Of a DNA stretch of 48,813 bases, positions 26,610 to 35,664 are shown piece after piece. The notes below the pieces were generated by a model. It made no database searches. It saw nothing but the letters and a program-made list of their open reading frames with translations, and had not been told where the DNA came from. The position numbers and the translations under genes were made by a program. Position 1 is the stretch's first letter; each line of letters starts with the position of its first letter. The stretch covers positions 1 through 48,813 of the forward strand of contig CAIMIV010000019.1 in the NCBI GenBank assembly GCA_903841185.1, written 5' to 3'. Source of the DNA: an uncultured bacterium. Its GTDB lineage: Bacteria > Patescibacteriota > Minisyncoccia > Moranbacterales > UBA2206.

Positions 26610-26661
26610 TAAGAAATTCATTTAAAATTTGAAATTAAAAATTTAAAATTATATCAAAAAT

Positions 26662-27150
26662 ATGTTTCGAGTAGGTTTAGGACAAGATTCGCACCGCTTT
26701 TCCGAAGAGGGAAATAAAAAATTAATTTTAGGAGGCATTGAGGTGGCTGGGGAAAGGGGAATGACAGCCAACTCGGATGGGGACGTGATTTTGCACGCTC
26801 TTTGCGCGGCGATTGAACAGGCTTTGGGAAGAGGGAGTTTTTCCGTGTATGCCGACGCGATGTGCGCGCAGGGCATCACGGACAGTGCAGAATATTTGAA
26901 AATAGCCAAAACTCATCTCGAAGAAGCGGGCTATCGCATTAACAATCTGGGCATTTCGATTGAAGCTCTGCGGCCAAAAATTTTGCCAATTGAAAATGAA
27001 ATAAAAAATAAATTAGTGGAATTATTAAAAATAGAAAAGAATCTCATTGGCATCAATGCCACTACCGGCGAAGGTTTGACGGCTTTTGGACAGGGAGAGG
27101 GTGTCCAGGCACTGGTAATTATTAGTCTTGCGAAAAATGAAAACAATTAA
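26662..27150 (+). CDS. ispF: 2-C-methyl-D-erythritol 2,4-cyclodiphosphate synthase
   Basis: FRVGLGQDSHRF and SDGDVILHALCAAI motifs. 162 aa. Confidence 0.93.
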   Translation: MFRVGLGQDSHRFSEEGNKKLILGGIEVAGERGMTANSDGDVILHALCAAIEQALGRGSFSVYADAMCAQGITDSAEYLKIAKTHLEEAGYRINNLGISIEALRPKILPIENEIKNKLVELLKIEKNLIGINATTGEGLTAFGQGEGVQALVIISLAKNENN

Positions 27151-28006
27151 AACGATTTCTCCCGCGAAAATCAATCTCACTTTGGAAATTATTGAAAAGA
27201 TGCCTGACGGTTTCCACACGTTGCGTTCCGTGATGCTCAAAACTGCTAATTTGTATGATGAAATGGACTTTATTTTTGATGAAAAGCAAGTGGGCATTCA
27301 GATAATTTGCACAGACCCAAACATTCCGACGGATGAAAAAAACATCTGTTGGAAAATTGCGGAGAAATTTTTCACAGTGTCGGGCAAAAAAGTTGGCCTG
27401 ACAATCAAAATCAAAAAAAACATTCCGGCCTTGGCCGGTTTGGGCGGAGGGAGTTCCAATGGAGCAACCACTCTCTTGGCTCTCAATCAATATTTTGGCA
27501 AACCCCTCAAATTAGAGGCTTTGGTGGCCTTGGCTGCCACAGTAGGCAAAGACATTCCGGTCTTTCTGCTGCCGGAGCAAGCGGTACTGGTCAGTGGGGC
27601 AGGGGAAAAGTTAAAAGCAATTCCGTATTTTCCCAAACTAAGTTTGCTCCTGGTCAATCCCCAAGGAGAAATGGCTACCGGCTGGGCCTATGGCGAGCTG
27701 GACAGACGGATGTGGTTTATGGAAAACGCCGAGCGAAAAAATATTTCCTTGGCCATGCTCAAAAATATCACGGATATTGAAAAAATAGGGCAGCTGCTCT
27801 ATAACGATTTTAGCATAGTGGCCGGAGGATTATTTCCGGCCGTCAGTGAGATCCAGAATTGTCTGCGGGCTTTCGGCGCTCTAGGAGTTTCCATCACCGG
27901 CAAAGGACCGACAGTAGTAGGTGTTTTCCGAACTGCCAAAGAAGCTTTGGTAATACAAGAATTGATACAAAAAAATTATCCCGACTTTTGGGTGGCAGTA
28001 ACCTAG
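27137..28006 (+). CDS. ispE: 4-diphosphocytidyl-2-C-methyl-D-erythritol kinase
   Basis: ISPAKINLTLEI and the GHMP motif PALAGLGGGSSNGA. ATG 27137 is preferred over TTG 27128. Overlaps the ispF stop. Confidence 0.9.
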   Translation: MKTIKTISPAKINLTLEIIEKMPDGFHTLRSVMLKTANLYDEMDFIFDEKQVGIQIICTDPNIPTDEKNICWKIAEKFFTVSGKKVGLTIKIKKNIPALAGLGGGSSNGATTLLALNQYFGKPLKLEALVALAATVGKDIPVFLLPEQAVLVSGAGEKLKAIPYFPKLSLLLVNPQGEMATGWAYGELDRRMWFMENAERKNISLAMLKNITDIEKIGQLLYNDFSIVAGGLFPAVSEIQNCLRAFGALGVSITGKGPTVVGVFRTAKEALVIQELIQKNYPDFWVAVT

Positions 28007-28016
28007 TAGTATAAAG

Positions 28017-29012
28017 ATGATTAAATTAAAAAGAATTGTTTTGGTTTCGGTCGTGCTAGTGGTTCTGATTATATTGGGCTTGTTTTTGGGACGCAAAAAG
28101 TCAGCTTCCTATGGCGTAGCTGCCCCCATTATTAAGCAGGAATCGACGAATACTGTGATTAATACCGCGACGGTTTCTAAAAAATCAGAGGTGGCAGTGA
28201 AAATTCTTTTTGTGGGTGATCTGATGTTTGATCGCTATATCCGTCAAGTGGAGGAGAAACGCGGAAGTGATTTTGTTTTTGCCGGGGTGAAAAAAATCCT
28301 AGCCGAAAATGATTTGGTGGTGGGGAATTTGGAGGGGCCGATTACCGACAGTTCTTCGGTGAGTGTAGCGAGCGCCATGGGTGAAAGAAATAACTATATC
28401 TTTACTTTCGCGGCCGAGACGAGTGCCGATCTTCGGCAGAATAACATTCACCTGGTGAATTTGGGCAATAATCATATTTTGAATTTCGGAGAAGAGGGCT
28501 TGGCGCAGACCAAAGCCTACTTGCAAAGCAGTGGCATTGATTTTTTTGGTGACCCTCATGGTGACAAGCGTTTGGCGGTGTGGGAGAAGGGTGGTGTGAA
28601 AATGGTGCTTGTCAGTTATGATCAATTTGAAGGCGACGCGGTCAATAAAACTTTGCGCGATATTGAAACGGCCAAAGAAATGCAGGCGGATAAAATCATT
28701 CTCTATACGCACTGGGGCAAAGAATATGCAGGTGCACCAGAAGAAGGTATTCAATCATTAGCACATCAATTCATTGACGCAGGAGTAGATTTGATTATCG
28801 GCTCGCATCCGCATGTGACGCAAAGCAAAGAGGAATATCAGGGCAAGCTCATCTATTATTCCCTGGGCAATTTCATTTTTGATCAATATTTCAGCCCGGA
28901 AACGCAAAAAGGACTGGCGGTACAGATTGCTATAGATTCCGTAAGCAAGAAAATGACTGCGCAAGAGTTTCCGGTAAAATTAAATAGCAATGGTCAAACC
29001 GTGCAACCCTAA
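28017..29012 (+). CDS. CapA/PGA_cap family metallophosphatase-like protein
   Basis: N-terminal TM, then FVGDLMFDR, GNLEGPIT, NLGNNHILNFG, HWGKEY, GSHPHV, LGNFIFDQ. Confidence 0.8.
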   Translation: MIKLKRIVLVSVVLVVLIILGLFLGRKKSASYGVAAPIIKQESTNTVINTATVSKKSEVAVKILFVGDLMFDRYIRQVEEKRGSDFVFAGVKKILAENDLVVGNLEGPITDSSSVSVASAMGERNNYIFTFAAETSADLRQNNIHLVNLGNNHILNFGEEGLAQTKAYLQSSGIDFFGDPHGDKRLAVWEKGGVKMVLVSYDQFEGDAVNKTLRDIETAKEMQADKIILYTHWGKEYAGAPEEGIQSLAHQFIDAGVDLIIGSHPHVTQSKEEYQGKLIYYSLGNFIFDQYFSPETQKGLAVQIAIDSVSKKMTAQEFPVKLNSNGQTVQP

Positions 29013-29040
29013 ATTCTGTTATTGATAAATATTTTAAAAA

Positions 29041-29610
29041 ATGTCAGAGTTATTGGAAAATAAAACGTTTCAAAATGAGAACTGGTCCGGTCAAAAGCGG
29101 GTGTCTTTGGAAGTAGCTAATTGCTCCTTTGTTAATTGCGATTTCACGCAAGCAAATTTTGTGGACACTCGGTTTATGGATTGCAAATTCACCAAGTGCA
29201 ATTTTTCCAATACCAAGGTGACCGACTGCAGTTTTCGCAACGCCCGTTTCAAGGACTGCAAAATCACCGGGGTGATTTTTTCTGAAGTGAATAAATTTCT
29301 GTTGTCCTGGGAATTCGAGGAATGCGCCATCACGCTGTGCAATTTTAGCGGTTTGAATATTAAAAAGTCGCGCTTTGTGAATTGCTTGATTCACGAGACG
29401 GATTTTTTTGACGTAGATTTGCAGGAGGCGGATTTTTCCCATTCCGATTTGAAGGGGAGCAATTTTCAAAACGCAAATCTAACCAAGGCCAATTTCACCG
29501 GGGCCAAAAATTATTTCATCAACCCCCTGGTCAACCGGATTGCCAAAGCCCGATTTTCCTCGCCCGAAGTCCTGGCTTTGCTAGCTGCTTTTGATATTGT
29601 CTTGGAATAA
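29041..29610 (+). CDS. Pentapeptide-repeat protein
   Basis: Continuous A(D/N)(L/F)xx-type pentapeptide periodicity, for example CSFVNCDFTQANFVDTRFMDCKFTKCNFSNTKVTDCSF. Confidence 0.85.
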   Translation: MSELLENKTFQNENWSGQKRVSLEVANCSFVNCDFTQANFVDTRFMDCKFTKCNFSNTKVTDCSFRNARFKDCKITGVIFSEVNKFLLSWEFEECAITLCNFSGLNIKKSRFVNCLIHETDFFDVDLQEADFSHSDLKGSNFQNANLTKANFTGAKNYFINPLVNRIAKARFSSPEVLALLAAFDIVLE

Positions 29611-29654
29611 TAAAAAAAACCAGCTGGGAAATTGAAAAAAACTGTCCGAACAAA

Positions 29655-29683
29655 TTGACAAGATCGCACTGGCGTGCTATGAT
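29655..29683 (+). promoter_or_regulatory. Promoter TTGACA-17-TATGAT with TGc extended -10
   Basis: Upstream of the 29765 small ORF. Confidence 0.5.
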
Positions 29684-29764
29684 GCACAGTGGCTAAAAAT
29701 GGTTTTTTAACATTGGAAAATATTCCAAAAATGCATTTTCCCAACAACAAGAAGGAGAGACGCC

Positions 29765-30142
29765 GTGAACAAAATTGGAAAAACGGGTTTGATATTTTCA
29801 TTATTTTTTGTTTTGGCCGGATTGATTTTTTTAGTCGGTCGCACTCCAACAGTTGAGCCAGAAGAAGGTCTAATGGTGCAGGTTTTCAACAAGGATGGTT
29901 CGAAGATGGACATTTCAAAAGGGGATTTTCATTGGCTGAAAGAGAAGCTCCCTGCTGACGTTGTGAATGTCACAGCTCGCTTGGAGGATTCGGTTTCTCC
30001 TGCTAAGGGCACAAGTATGCAAATCAAATTTGAGACTGAAACAAGGTCTCGGTGGGGAACTGTCCGGATGGAGGGCATTTTACCCATGACAATTCTGCGC
30101 ACAATTGCAGAAGTAGTAAATGATGATGCTATTGAAGAATAG
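29765..30142 (+). CDS. Hypothetical signal-anchored small protein
   Basis: GTG start 7 nt after AAGGAGAG. TM helix GLIFSLFFVLAGLIFLV. Own promoter and terminator. Confidence 0.5.
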   Translation: MNKIGKTGLIFSLFFVLAGLIFLVGRTPTVEPEEGLMVQVFNKDGSKMDISKGDFHWLKEKLPADVVNVTARLEDSVSPAKGTSMQIKFETETRSRWGTVRMEGILPMTILRTIAEVVNDDAIEE

Positions 30143-30151
30143 TCTCATCGC

Positions 30152-30194
30152 AAATCGCACCCCTATATCAGTGATAGGGGGTGCGATTTTTTTA
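30152..30194 (+). terminator. Rho-independent terminator
   Basis: AATCGCACCCCTAT-ATCAG-TGATAGGGGTGCGATT followed by a T7 run. Confidence 0.75.
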
Positions 30195-30207
30195 TTTTTT
30201 TTTGTAT

Positions 30208-30247
30208 AAAAAAACTCGCCTCATATCGATGTATCGATATGGGCGAG
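30208..30247 (-). terminator. Rho-independent terminator for the 30285-30818 gene
   Basis: On the minus strand CTCGCCCATATCGAT-AC-ATCGATATGAGGCGAG is followed by a T-run. Confidence 0.7.
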
Positions 30248-30284
30248 CAAGTAAGTTGTGCTCTAGGATTTGGGGTTAGCCTCG

Positions 30285-30818
30285 CTAATCCTGAGGTGCG
30301 CGTTCACATGTTTCATGGTCGGGGCATTCAGCGCAGAGGTCTCCTAGACTTCCGGCAAACATAGTACCCATCATGGAGGAGAAAAATAATTGTTCCAGGC
30401 CAATAGCATGGATGCCGATAGACTCAGCTTTGCTTGGGAGTTGCACGATCTTGTATCCCTCCCGAATGCCAATACTGCCGCAATCCACTCCCAGGGTTGC
30501 GAGACGATATCGGATACTGGTCCAAAAAAGCTTTTCAAAGAGTTCGAGTTGCTCGTGATATATCAGGAGCATGGGACTTTTTTTGGACGGTTCTTCCATC
30601 ACAGATTTTGCCAAAGCATTATATTCGGCAGAAACCTTACCTAATGCGGTCCGCACAGATTTTTCAAAAAGGGTCAGTTCTTCGATAACGACCTCTCCTT
30701 CTCCAACTGGCTTCCCATCAATTTCTGGCATAAACTCACCGGAAAGCATGATTTTATTCACGATTTCAAGGGGTGAACCGGCATATGGGTCTACTACGGG
30801 TGGTTGTTGTTTCTGCAT
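30285..30818 (-). CDS. Hypothetical protein
   Basis: 177-aa ORF followed by a minus-strand terminator. C-terminal CAECPDHETC cluster. No recognised family. Confidence 0.55.
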   Translation of the reverse strand: MQKQQPPVVDPYAGSPLEIVNKIMLSGEFMPEIDGKPVGEGEVVIEELTLFEKSVRTALGKVSAEYNALAKSVMEEPSKKSPMLLIYHEQLELFEKLFWTSIRYRLATLGVDCGSIGIREGYKIVQLPSKAESIGIHAIGLEQLFFSSMMGTMFAGSLGDLCAECPDHETCERAPQD

Positions 30819-30976
30819 TTTTGCTCCTTTTGGGATGGTGGTTTGTAACTAACACTGTTGATCAGTACTAGTCGATTGATTTGTTTGTACGTAAATATTT
30901 ACTTTTTAAAGAATTAAGAAAGTTTAGCAGGGATTTGCTGTATTGTCAATAGCACTACGCCGAAGGCTAAGTAAGT

Positions 30977-31726
30977 TTATTTCAACAGTAATCGACTTAG
31001 AGGCTTTAGATCCTTTTCTTTTTTAACAACCTCTTCGTGATAGCTACCTTCTTTCCAGAAGACTTTATAGGCATTGGCGGATTTTTTCGAGGCAATGATC
31101 CTATATGCATCATCAATAATTTCAATGGCGCAACAATTATCCAGTGCGATAGCCACACCGGGAGTTTTTTGCATCATCATGCGAAGACTCTCCTTGCGAT
31201 CCTTTTCTATGTCATAGTGCGGGCAATGCGAAGCATTTACCAACCCCAGTCCGGAAACTTTTATTAGTTTGGCAGAGTCATCGTTAAATTTTCTCGAATC
31301 TGAATTTGCCCACCTGAACCAGCAAACAGAACCGGCACTCAAGCCAGAAAGGACGACGCCTTTTTCATGAGCCTCCCTTAGGATAGTGTCCACTCCCAAC
31401 TTCCTCCATATGCGCATCATTTTCAGGGTGTTGCCGCCACCGACATAAATAATATCCGACCCCAATATCTGATCCCGAATCTCTTTTTTGTTAGGTTTGT
31501 TTTTGATCAAATACAAGACATCCGTCTGGCAACCAAGCTTTTTGCTAAAGTGCTTTTTGACGGTATCATAATAACCTTCCGAATCAGCACTGGCTGTCGG
31601 AATAAAAAGCAACTTTGGATTTTTCTTCCCGGTTAATCGGATAAGTTCTTTATCTATTAGGGTGGTTTCGACGGGATATCCCGGTCGCCCGATTTCTCCG
31701 CCACCAATAGCTATGATTTTTTTCAT
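30977..31726 (-). CDS. Peptidase S51 (dipeptidase E / cyanophycinase-like)
   Basis: MKKIIAIGGGEIG and the nucleophile-elbow motif VLSGLSAGSVCW. Start trimmed to ATG at 31726. Confidence 0.8.
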   Translation of the reverse strand: MKKIIAIGGGEIGRPGYPVETTLIDKELIRLTGKKNPKLLFIPTASADSEGYYDTVKKHFSKKLGCQTDVLYLIKNKPNKKEIRDQILGSDIIYVGGGNTLKMMRIWRKLGVDTILREAHEKGVVLSGLSAGSVCWFRWANSDSRKFNDDSAKLIKVSGLGLVNASHCPHYDIEKDRKESLRMMMQKTPGVAIALDNCCAIEIIDDAYRIIASKKSANAYKVFWKEGSYHEEVVKKEKDLKPLSRLLLK

Positions 31727-31805
31727 GTAGTTTGTGATATTAATGCTTCTACAGTTTAACACAAAAATAAAATAATACACCAGAATAGTGTATTATTTTT
31801 TAATG

Positions 31806-31876
31806 TTGGAGGGGAGGGACTCGAACCCCCGGTGCAAGGACCAGAACCTTGTGCCTTACCACTTGGCGACTCTCCA
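31806..31876 (-). tRNA. tRNA-Gln (anticodon CUG), CCA not encoded
   Basis: Hand-folded cloverleaf on the minus strand. It reads TGGAGAG TC GCC-AAGTGGTAA-GGC A CAAGG-TTCTGGT-CCTTG CACC GGGGG-TTCGAGT-CCCTC CCCTCCA A. The U1-A72 pair and 3-bp D stem match bacterial tRNA-Gln. There is one A6-C67 mismatch. Confidence 0.85.
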
Positions 31877-31896
31877 AATATTCTAGAATTGTGCAT

Positions 31897-31920
31897 GTGC
31901 CTTAATGCGACTCTCCAATA
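31897..31920 (-). repeat. Degenerate duplicate of the 5-prime part of tRNA-Gln
   Basis: The minus-strand fragment TGGAGAGTCGC-ATTAAGGCAC compares with the tRNA 5-prime end TGGAGAGTCGCCAAGTGGTAAGGCAC. It lies about 37 nt upstream of the tRNA. Confidence 0.6.
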
Positions 31921-32172
31921 TAAAATTCCTCATAAGAGGCCTGTATCTATCCTATAACAAATAATTAAAAAAATCAATATGTAGCGCCTGGATGGATATG
32001 CTAAAAAATGATAGAATAGAATGAGTTAAGAAGAGAAAGAATTCGGCGCAATGAAGCAAAAAATTGAAGAATAGCAAATAATTGAGCTTAAGAAAGAGAT
32101 TTTTTTCAAATGCTTGCCAAAATAAAAATTGTATGGTATTATTACAGACCAAAAGTTTAAGAGAAATATTTT

Positions 32173-32892
32173 ATGGAAAATCTAGTGTACCCAATGAGAA
32201 TTAACCGTTATCTGGCTAAGCGGAGCTTTTGTAGCCGCCGGGAAGCGGACGTCCTCATTGAAAAAGGCATTGTTACCATCAACGGTAAAAAAGCCGTGGT
32301 GGGGAGCAAAGTAGACGAAACAGATGTGGTGGAAGTGGACACGACTGTGAAAGATGTCATCAAAAAATATGAATACTTTGCCTATTACAAACCCATGGGC
32401 GTGATTACGCATAGTCCGGCTCCGGGACAAAAAAGCATCCAACAACTGACCGATATCGCCGCTGACGTTTTCCCGGTTGGCCGGCTGGACATTGCTTCTC
32501 ATGGACTCATCATCCTCACCAACGATGGTCGCATCACTGAAAAACTATTGCATCCCGAATATGACCATCAAAAGGAATATTATGTTACTGTGAATAAAAT
32601 AGTCAATAATCAATTTCTGAAACACATGCGACGCGGCATTCAGCTGGAGGATTTTTTGACCAAGGAGTGTGAAGTGGAAAAGATGGATAATGACTATATG
32701 TTCCGCATCGTGCTGACGGAAGGAAAGAAACATCAAATCAGAAGAATGTGCACTGCGCTGGGATACGAAGTAGTGGATCTCAAACGGGTGCGCATCATGA
32801 ATATCGTGATGAAAAAAATGCGAGAAGGGCAAAAGAGAAAAATCGCCGGAGAGGAATTAACTAGCTTTTTAAAGAAACTAAATCTATGCTAA
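32173..32892 (+). CDS. Pseudouridine synthase, RsuA/RluB family, with an S4 domain
   Basis: S4 motif RINRYLAKRSFCSRREADVLIEKGIVTING and catalytic motif GRLDIASHGLIILTNDG. Confidence 0.85.
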   Translation: MENLVYPMRINRYLAKRSFCSRREADVLIEKGIVTINGKKAVVGSKVDETDVVEVDTTVKDVIKKYEYFAYYKPMGVITHSPAPGQKSIQQLTDIAADVFPVGRLDIASHGLIILTNDGRITEKLLHPEYDHQKEYYVTVNKIVNNQFLKHMRRGIQLEDFLTKECEVEKMDNDYMFRIVLTEGKKHQIRRMCTALGYEVVDLKRVRIMNIVMKKMREGQKRKIAGEELTSFLKKLNLC

Positions 32893-33845
32893 CTGATGAA
32901 GTAAAAATCACCATACACGCCGGACGCGGAGGAGACGGAGTCGTTGCTTTTAACAAAGCCATGATGAGTCTCGGGCCAACAGGCGGCACCGGAGGACGCG
33001 GAGGCAACGTCTTTTTCAAGACGGTTTCCAATATGTCTGCTTTGAACAAATATAAAAACAAGCCGGACCACCATGCGGGCAATGGCAAAAATGGCAAGTC
33101 GGACAATTCTGACGGTCATTCCGGAGGGGATATTATCTTGACTGTGCCGATTGGCTCCGTTTTGCATAATCTCAATACCGGGGAAGACATTGATATGCTG
33201 GAAGTGGATCAAACTATTTTGGCGGCCGAAGGTGGTTTTGGCGGGAGAGGAAATTTTTGTTTTCGTTCTCCCTCCAACACGTCACCGCAAGAATGTGAGG
33301 AGGGAAATCCGGGAGAGAAATTTGATTTTCTCATCGAGTTGCGTTTGATTGCCGACATTGGTTTGATTGGGTTGCCCAATATTGGAAAGTCCAGTCTTTT
33401 GAATGAGTTGACCAAAGCTGATGTGAAGGTGGCTAACTATGAATTCACCACGCTGGAACCGAATCTGGGGGCGATGGATGGCATCATACTCGCAGACATC
33501 CCGGGATTGATTGAAGGAGCGGCGAGCGGCCGAGGCTTGGGCATCAAATTTTTGAAGCATATTCGTCGAACTAAGGCTTTGGCGCATTTCATTTCCTTGG
33601 AATCGGAAGATCCCCAAAAAGATTATGAGATTATCCGCAAAGAACTGGGGGATTATGATCCGGAAATGCTAGCAAAAAAGGAAATCATCGTGTTCACCAA
33701 ATCGGATTTGTTCACACCTAAGGAAATTGCCAAGAAAGTAACTGACTTTTCCAAAATTAACAAGGATATTGAAGTGATTTCGATTCATGATTGGGATAGC
33801 TTGCAAAACATCAAGGCAAAATTCCTAGCCCTCGCCGGAAAATAG
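32886..33845 (+). CDS. obg: GTPase Obg/CgtA
   Basis: Obg fold HAGRGGDGVVAF plus glycine-rich repeats. G1 motif GLPNIGKSSLL and G3 motif DIPGLIEGA. Overlaps the upstream gene by 7 nt. Confidence 0.9.
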   Translation: MLTDEVKITIHAGRGGDGVVAFNKAMMSLGPTGGTGGRGGNVFFKTVSNMSALNKYKNKPDHHAGNGKNGKSDNSDGHSGGDIILTVPIGSVLHNLNTGEDIDMLEVDQTILAAEGGFGGRGNFCFRSPSNTSPQECEEGNPGEKFDFLIELRLIADIGLIGLPNIGKSSLLNELTKADVKVANYEFTTLEPNLGAMDGIILADIPGLIEGAASGRGLGIKFLKHIRRTKALAHFISLESEDPQKDYEIIRKELGDYDPEMLAKKEIIVFTKSDLFTPKEIAKKVTDFSKINKDIEVISIHDWDSLQNIKAKFLALAGK

Positions 33846-33876
33846 GCCTAATAATAAAAAATTAATCTTGTAGACA

Positions 33877-34104
33877 ATGAAAATAAATATCTATTATATA
33901 ATAATTGCTGTGGTTGTGTGGTCGTTGCCTTGGAAAGGTTTTGCGCTTTGGAAGTCGGCGCGGCGCGGAGAGAGTCGTTGGTTTATTGCCCTACTCCTGC
34001 TTAATACGGCTGGAATCATGGAAATAATTTATCTCTTTTTCTTTTCTAATGATGCAGGTGCGCCAGCAAGAAAAGAGCGGATGTTGGATATCAATCCGTA
34101 CTAA
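33877..34104 (+). CDS. Small membrane protein, DUF5652-like
   Basis: Two TM helices with the motif WKGFALWKSARRGESRWFIALLLLNTAGIMEIIYLFFF. Confidence 0.55.
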   Translation: MKINIYYIIIAVVVWSLPWKGFALWKSARRGESRWFIALLLLNTAGIMEIIYLFFFSNDAGAPARKERMLDINPY

Positions 34105-34132
34105 GAATTCTAAATAATAATTCTATCCGCCT

Positions 34133-34816
34133 ATGTACTGGCTTTTTTTGGTAATATTCGTAGTGACTATTATGATTCCCGACGTTGTTCGTAATGGGGC
34201 ATTTGGCCTGCCGGAAGAGCGGATCGAGGAATTTCTGATTTTTGTGATGGGCATGACAGGCTTTTTATTTTTTATCCTCAAGGAACATCAGCTGGAGGTG
34301 CAACGCAAAGAAAAACTGAGGGAGCAAAGGAGATTGCAGCAAACCTCCAAAGACTTGGTGGATTCTTATAGTTATATCGGGGAGGTGAATCGGAAAATGG
34401 ATATGTTGATGCAAATCGGATCCAATCTATCGGAAAGCGCAGTGGATAAGAGAGAGATTTTTGATAATATTCTGGAGGCTGCCACGTTTCTCCTTAAGGG
34501 AACTGCTGCTTCCATTATTTTTTATAATGTAAAAACCGAAAAAATAGTTAAAGAAATTTGTTCGGATAAAAAATGTCAGCTGATTAAAAAAGGGAGGGAT
34601 TTTCTTGCGATGGAAAAAAATATTTACATCAAGACGGCGGGCGAATTTATTATTTTTTCTTCTAAGCAAACTACCGGAGACATCCGCAGTTATCTGGTAG
34701 TGAAAGGGTTTGATGAATTTCAGGGGCAAGATAATAACAATCAAGAAATTATTAAATATCTCACCGCCCAAGCTTTATTTGTTTATTCCAATCTTCTGAT
34801 GAATGTGAAGAAATAG
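34133..34816 (+). CDS. Hypothetical membrane protein
   Basis: Two N-terminal TM helices, a charged coiled segment and a ~130-aa C-terminal domain. No recognised motif. Confidence 0.5.
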   Translation: MYWLFLVIFVVTIMIPDVVRNGAFGLPEERIEEFLIFVMGMTGFLFFILKEHQLEVQRKEKLREQRRLQQTSKDLVDSYSYIGEVNRKMDMLMQIGSNLSESAVDKREIFDNILEAATFLLKGTAASIIFYNVKTEKIVKEICSDKKCQLIKKGRDFLAMEKNIYIKTAGEFIIFSSKQTTGDIRSYLVVKGFDEFQGQDNNNQEIIKYLTAQALFVYSNLLMNVKK

Positions 34817-34832
34817 TCCAATAACAAGCTTT

Positions 34833-35657
34833 TTATTTAACTACTTCAAACTTTTTGCTTTGCCAGGTGGCCAGGCCATCGGACAAAGTGTAGGCATTGA
34901 AAACGCCCATGTCAAAGAGTCGGACGGCGGCTTGAAAAGCAGCACCGGAGCCATCGGCGTCATAGAGAACGATTTTTCCACTGGCGGGAAGGGTCTCTCT
35001 TTTGCTTTCCAAGTCTTCTAAGAAAATATTAAGCGCCCCTTTGAGATGACCTTGGACGTAATCAGAGTTTTTCCGCACATCAATCAGCGTCACATTTTTT
35101 TCTTTCTCCAGCATTGCTTTGAGTTTTTCGGAGGTAATATAACTCACCTTGGATTGATCGCTGAAGCTGTTGGGGTTGCCCGCGGAAATAGTTTGATTAT
35201 AACTATCTTTCCAAGCAGCGAAACCTCCCTCCAGATAAACGACATGGCTAAATCCCGCCTCCGAAAAAGTTTTCACCCCATAGGCAGTAGTGGCTAGGGA
35301 AGCTGTGGCGTCAATCAGCACATAGGTTTTGTTTTTTTCTAAAACGCTAATAGAATTTTTCAGGGTCGAGAGAGGAATGTTGGTGGAATCGGGTAGATGT
35401 TCCTGGGCGTAATCACCGGCTTCCCGCACATCAATGAGATTGAGGGATTCCTTGGCAGTTATTTTTTGCGCCAGTTGGCTGGGAGAAATTTTGGTAGCTT
35501 TTCCCAGGGTGCTGTTGATTTCATTTTGCAGTTGGCCGGCTGTGTCTGGTGGGCCTGGGGAAAAAGAAAAGCGCAAATAGGTAATTAAAAAAATAGCCAG
35601 AATAAGAAGGCTGCCGATAATCAAAGGGCGGGTGTTTTTATTGTGAGTTTTGTTCAT
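34833..35657 (-). CDS. Membrane-anchored tandem rhodanese-like domain protein (no cysteine)
   Basis: N-terminal TM plus two rhodanese-like modules (LIDVREAGDYAQEHLPDSTNIP and LIDVRKNSDYVQGHLKGALNI). The whole protein contains no Cys, so it is probably non-catalytic. Confidence 0.75.
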   Translation of the reverse strand: MNKTHNKNTRPLIIGSLLILAIFLITYLRFSFSPGPPDTAGQLQNEINSTLGKATKISPSQLAQKITAKESLNLIDVREAGDYAQEHLPDSTNIPLSTLKNSISVLEKNKTYVLIDATASLATTAYGVKTFSEAGFSHVVYLEGGFAAWKDSYNQTISAGNPNSFSDQSKVSYITSEKLKAMLEKEKNVTLIDVRKNSDYVQGHLKGALNIFLEDLESKRETLPASGKIVLYDADGSGAAFQAAVRLFDMGVFNAYTLSDGLATWQSKKFEVVK

Positions 35658-35664
35658 ATTTTTT

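Noticed and set aside
31952-32152. 66-aa minus-strand ORF between tRNA-Gln and the pseudouridine synthase gene
   Set aside because: An F/L-rich translation of AT-rich intergenic DNA. The region contains a plausible promoter (TTGCCA-17-TATTAT) for the downstream plus-strand gene.
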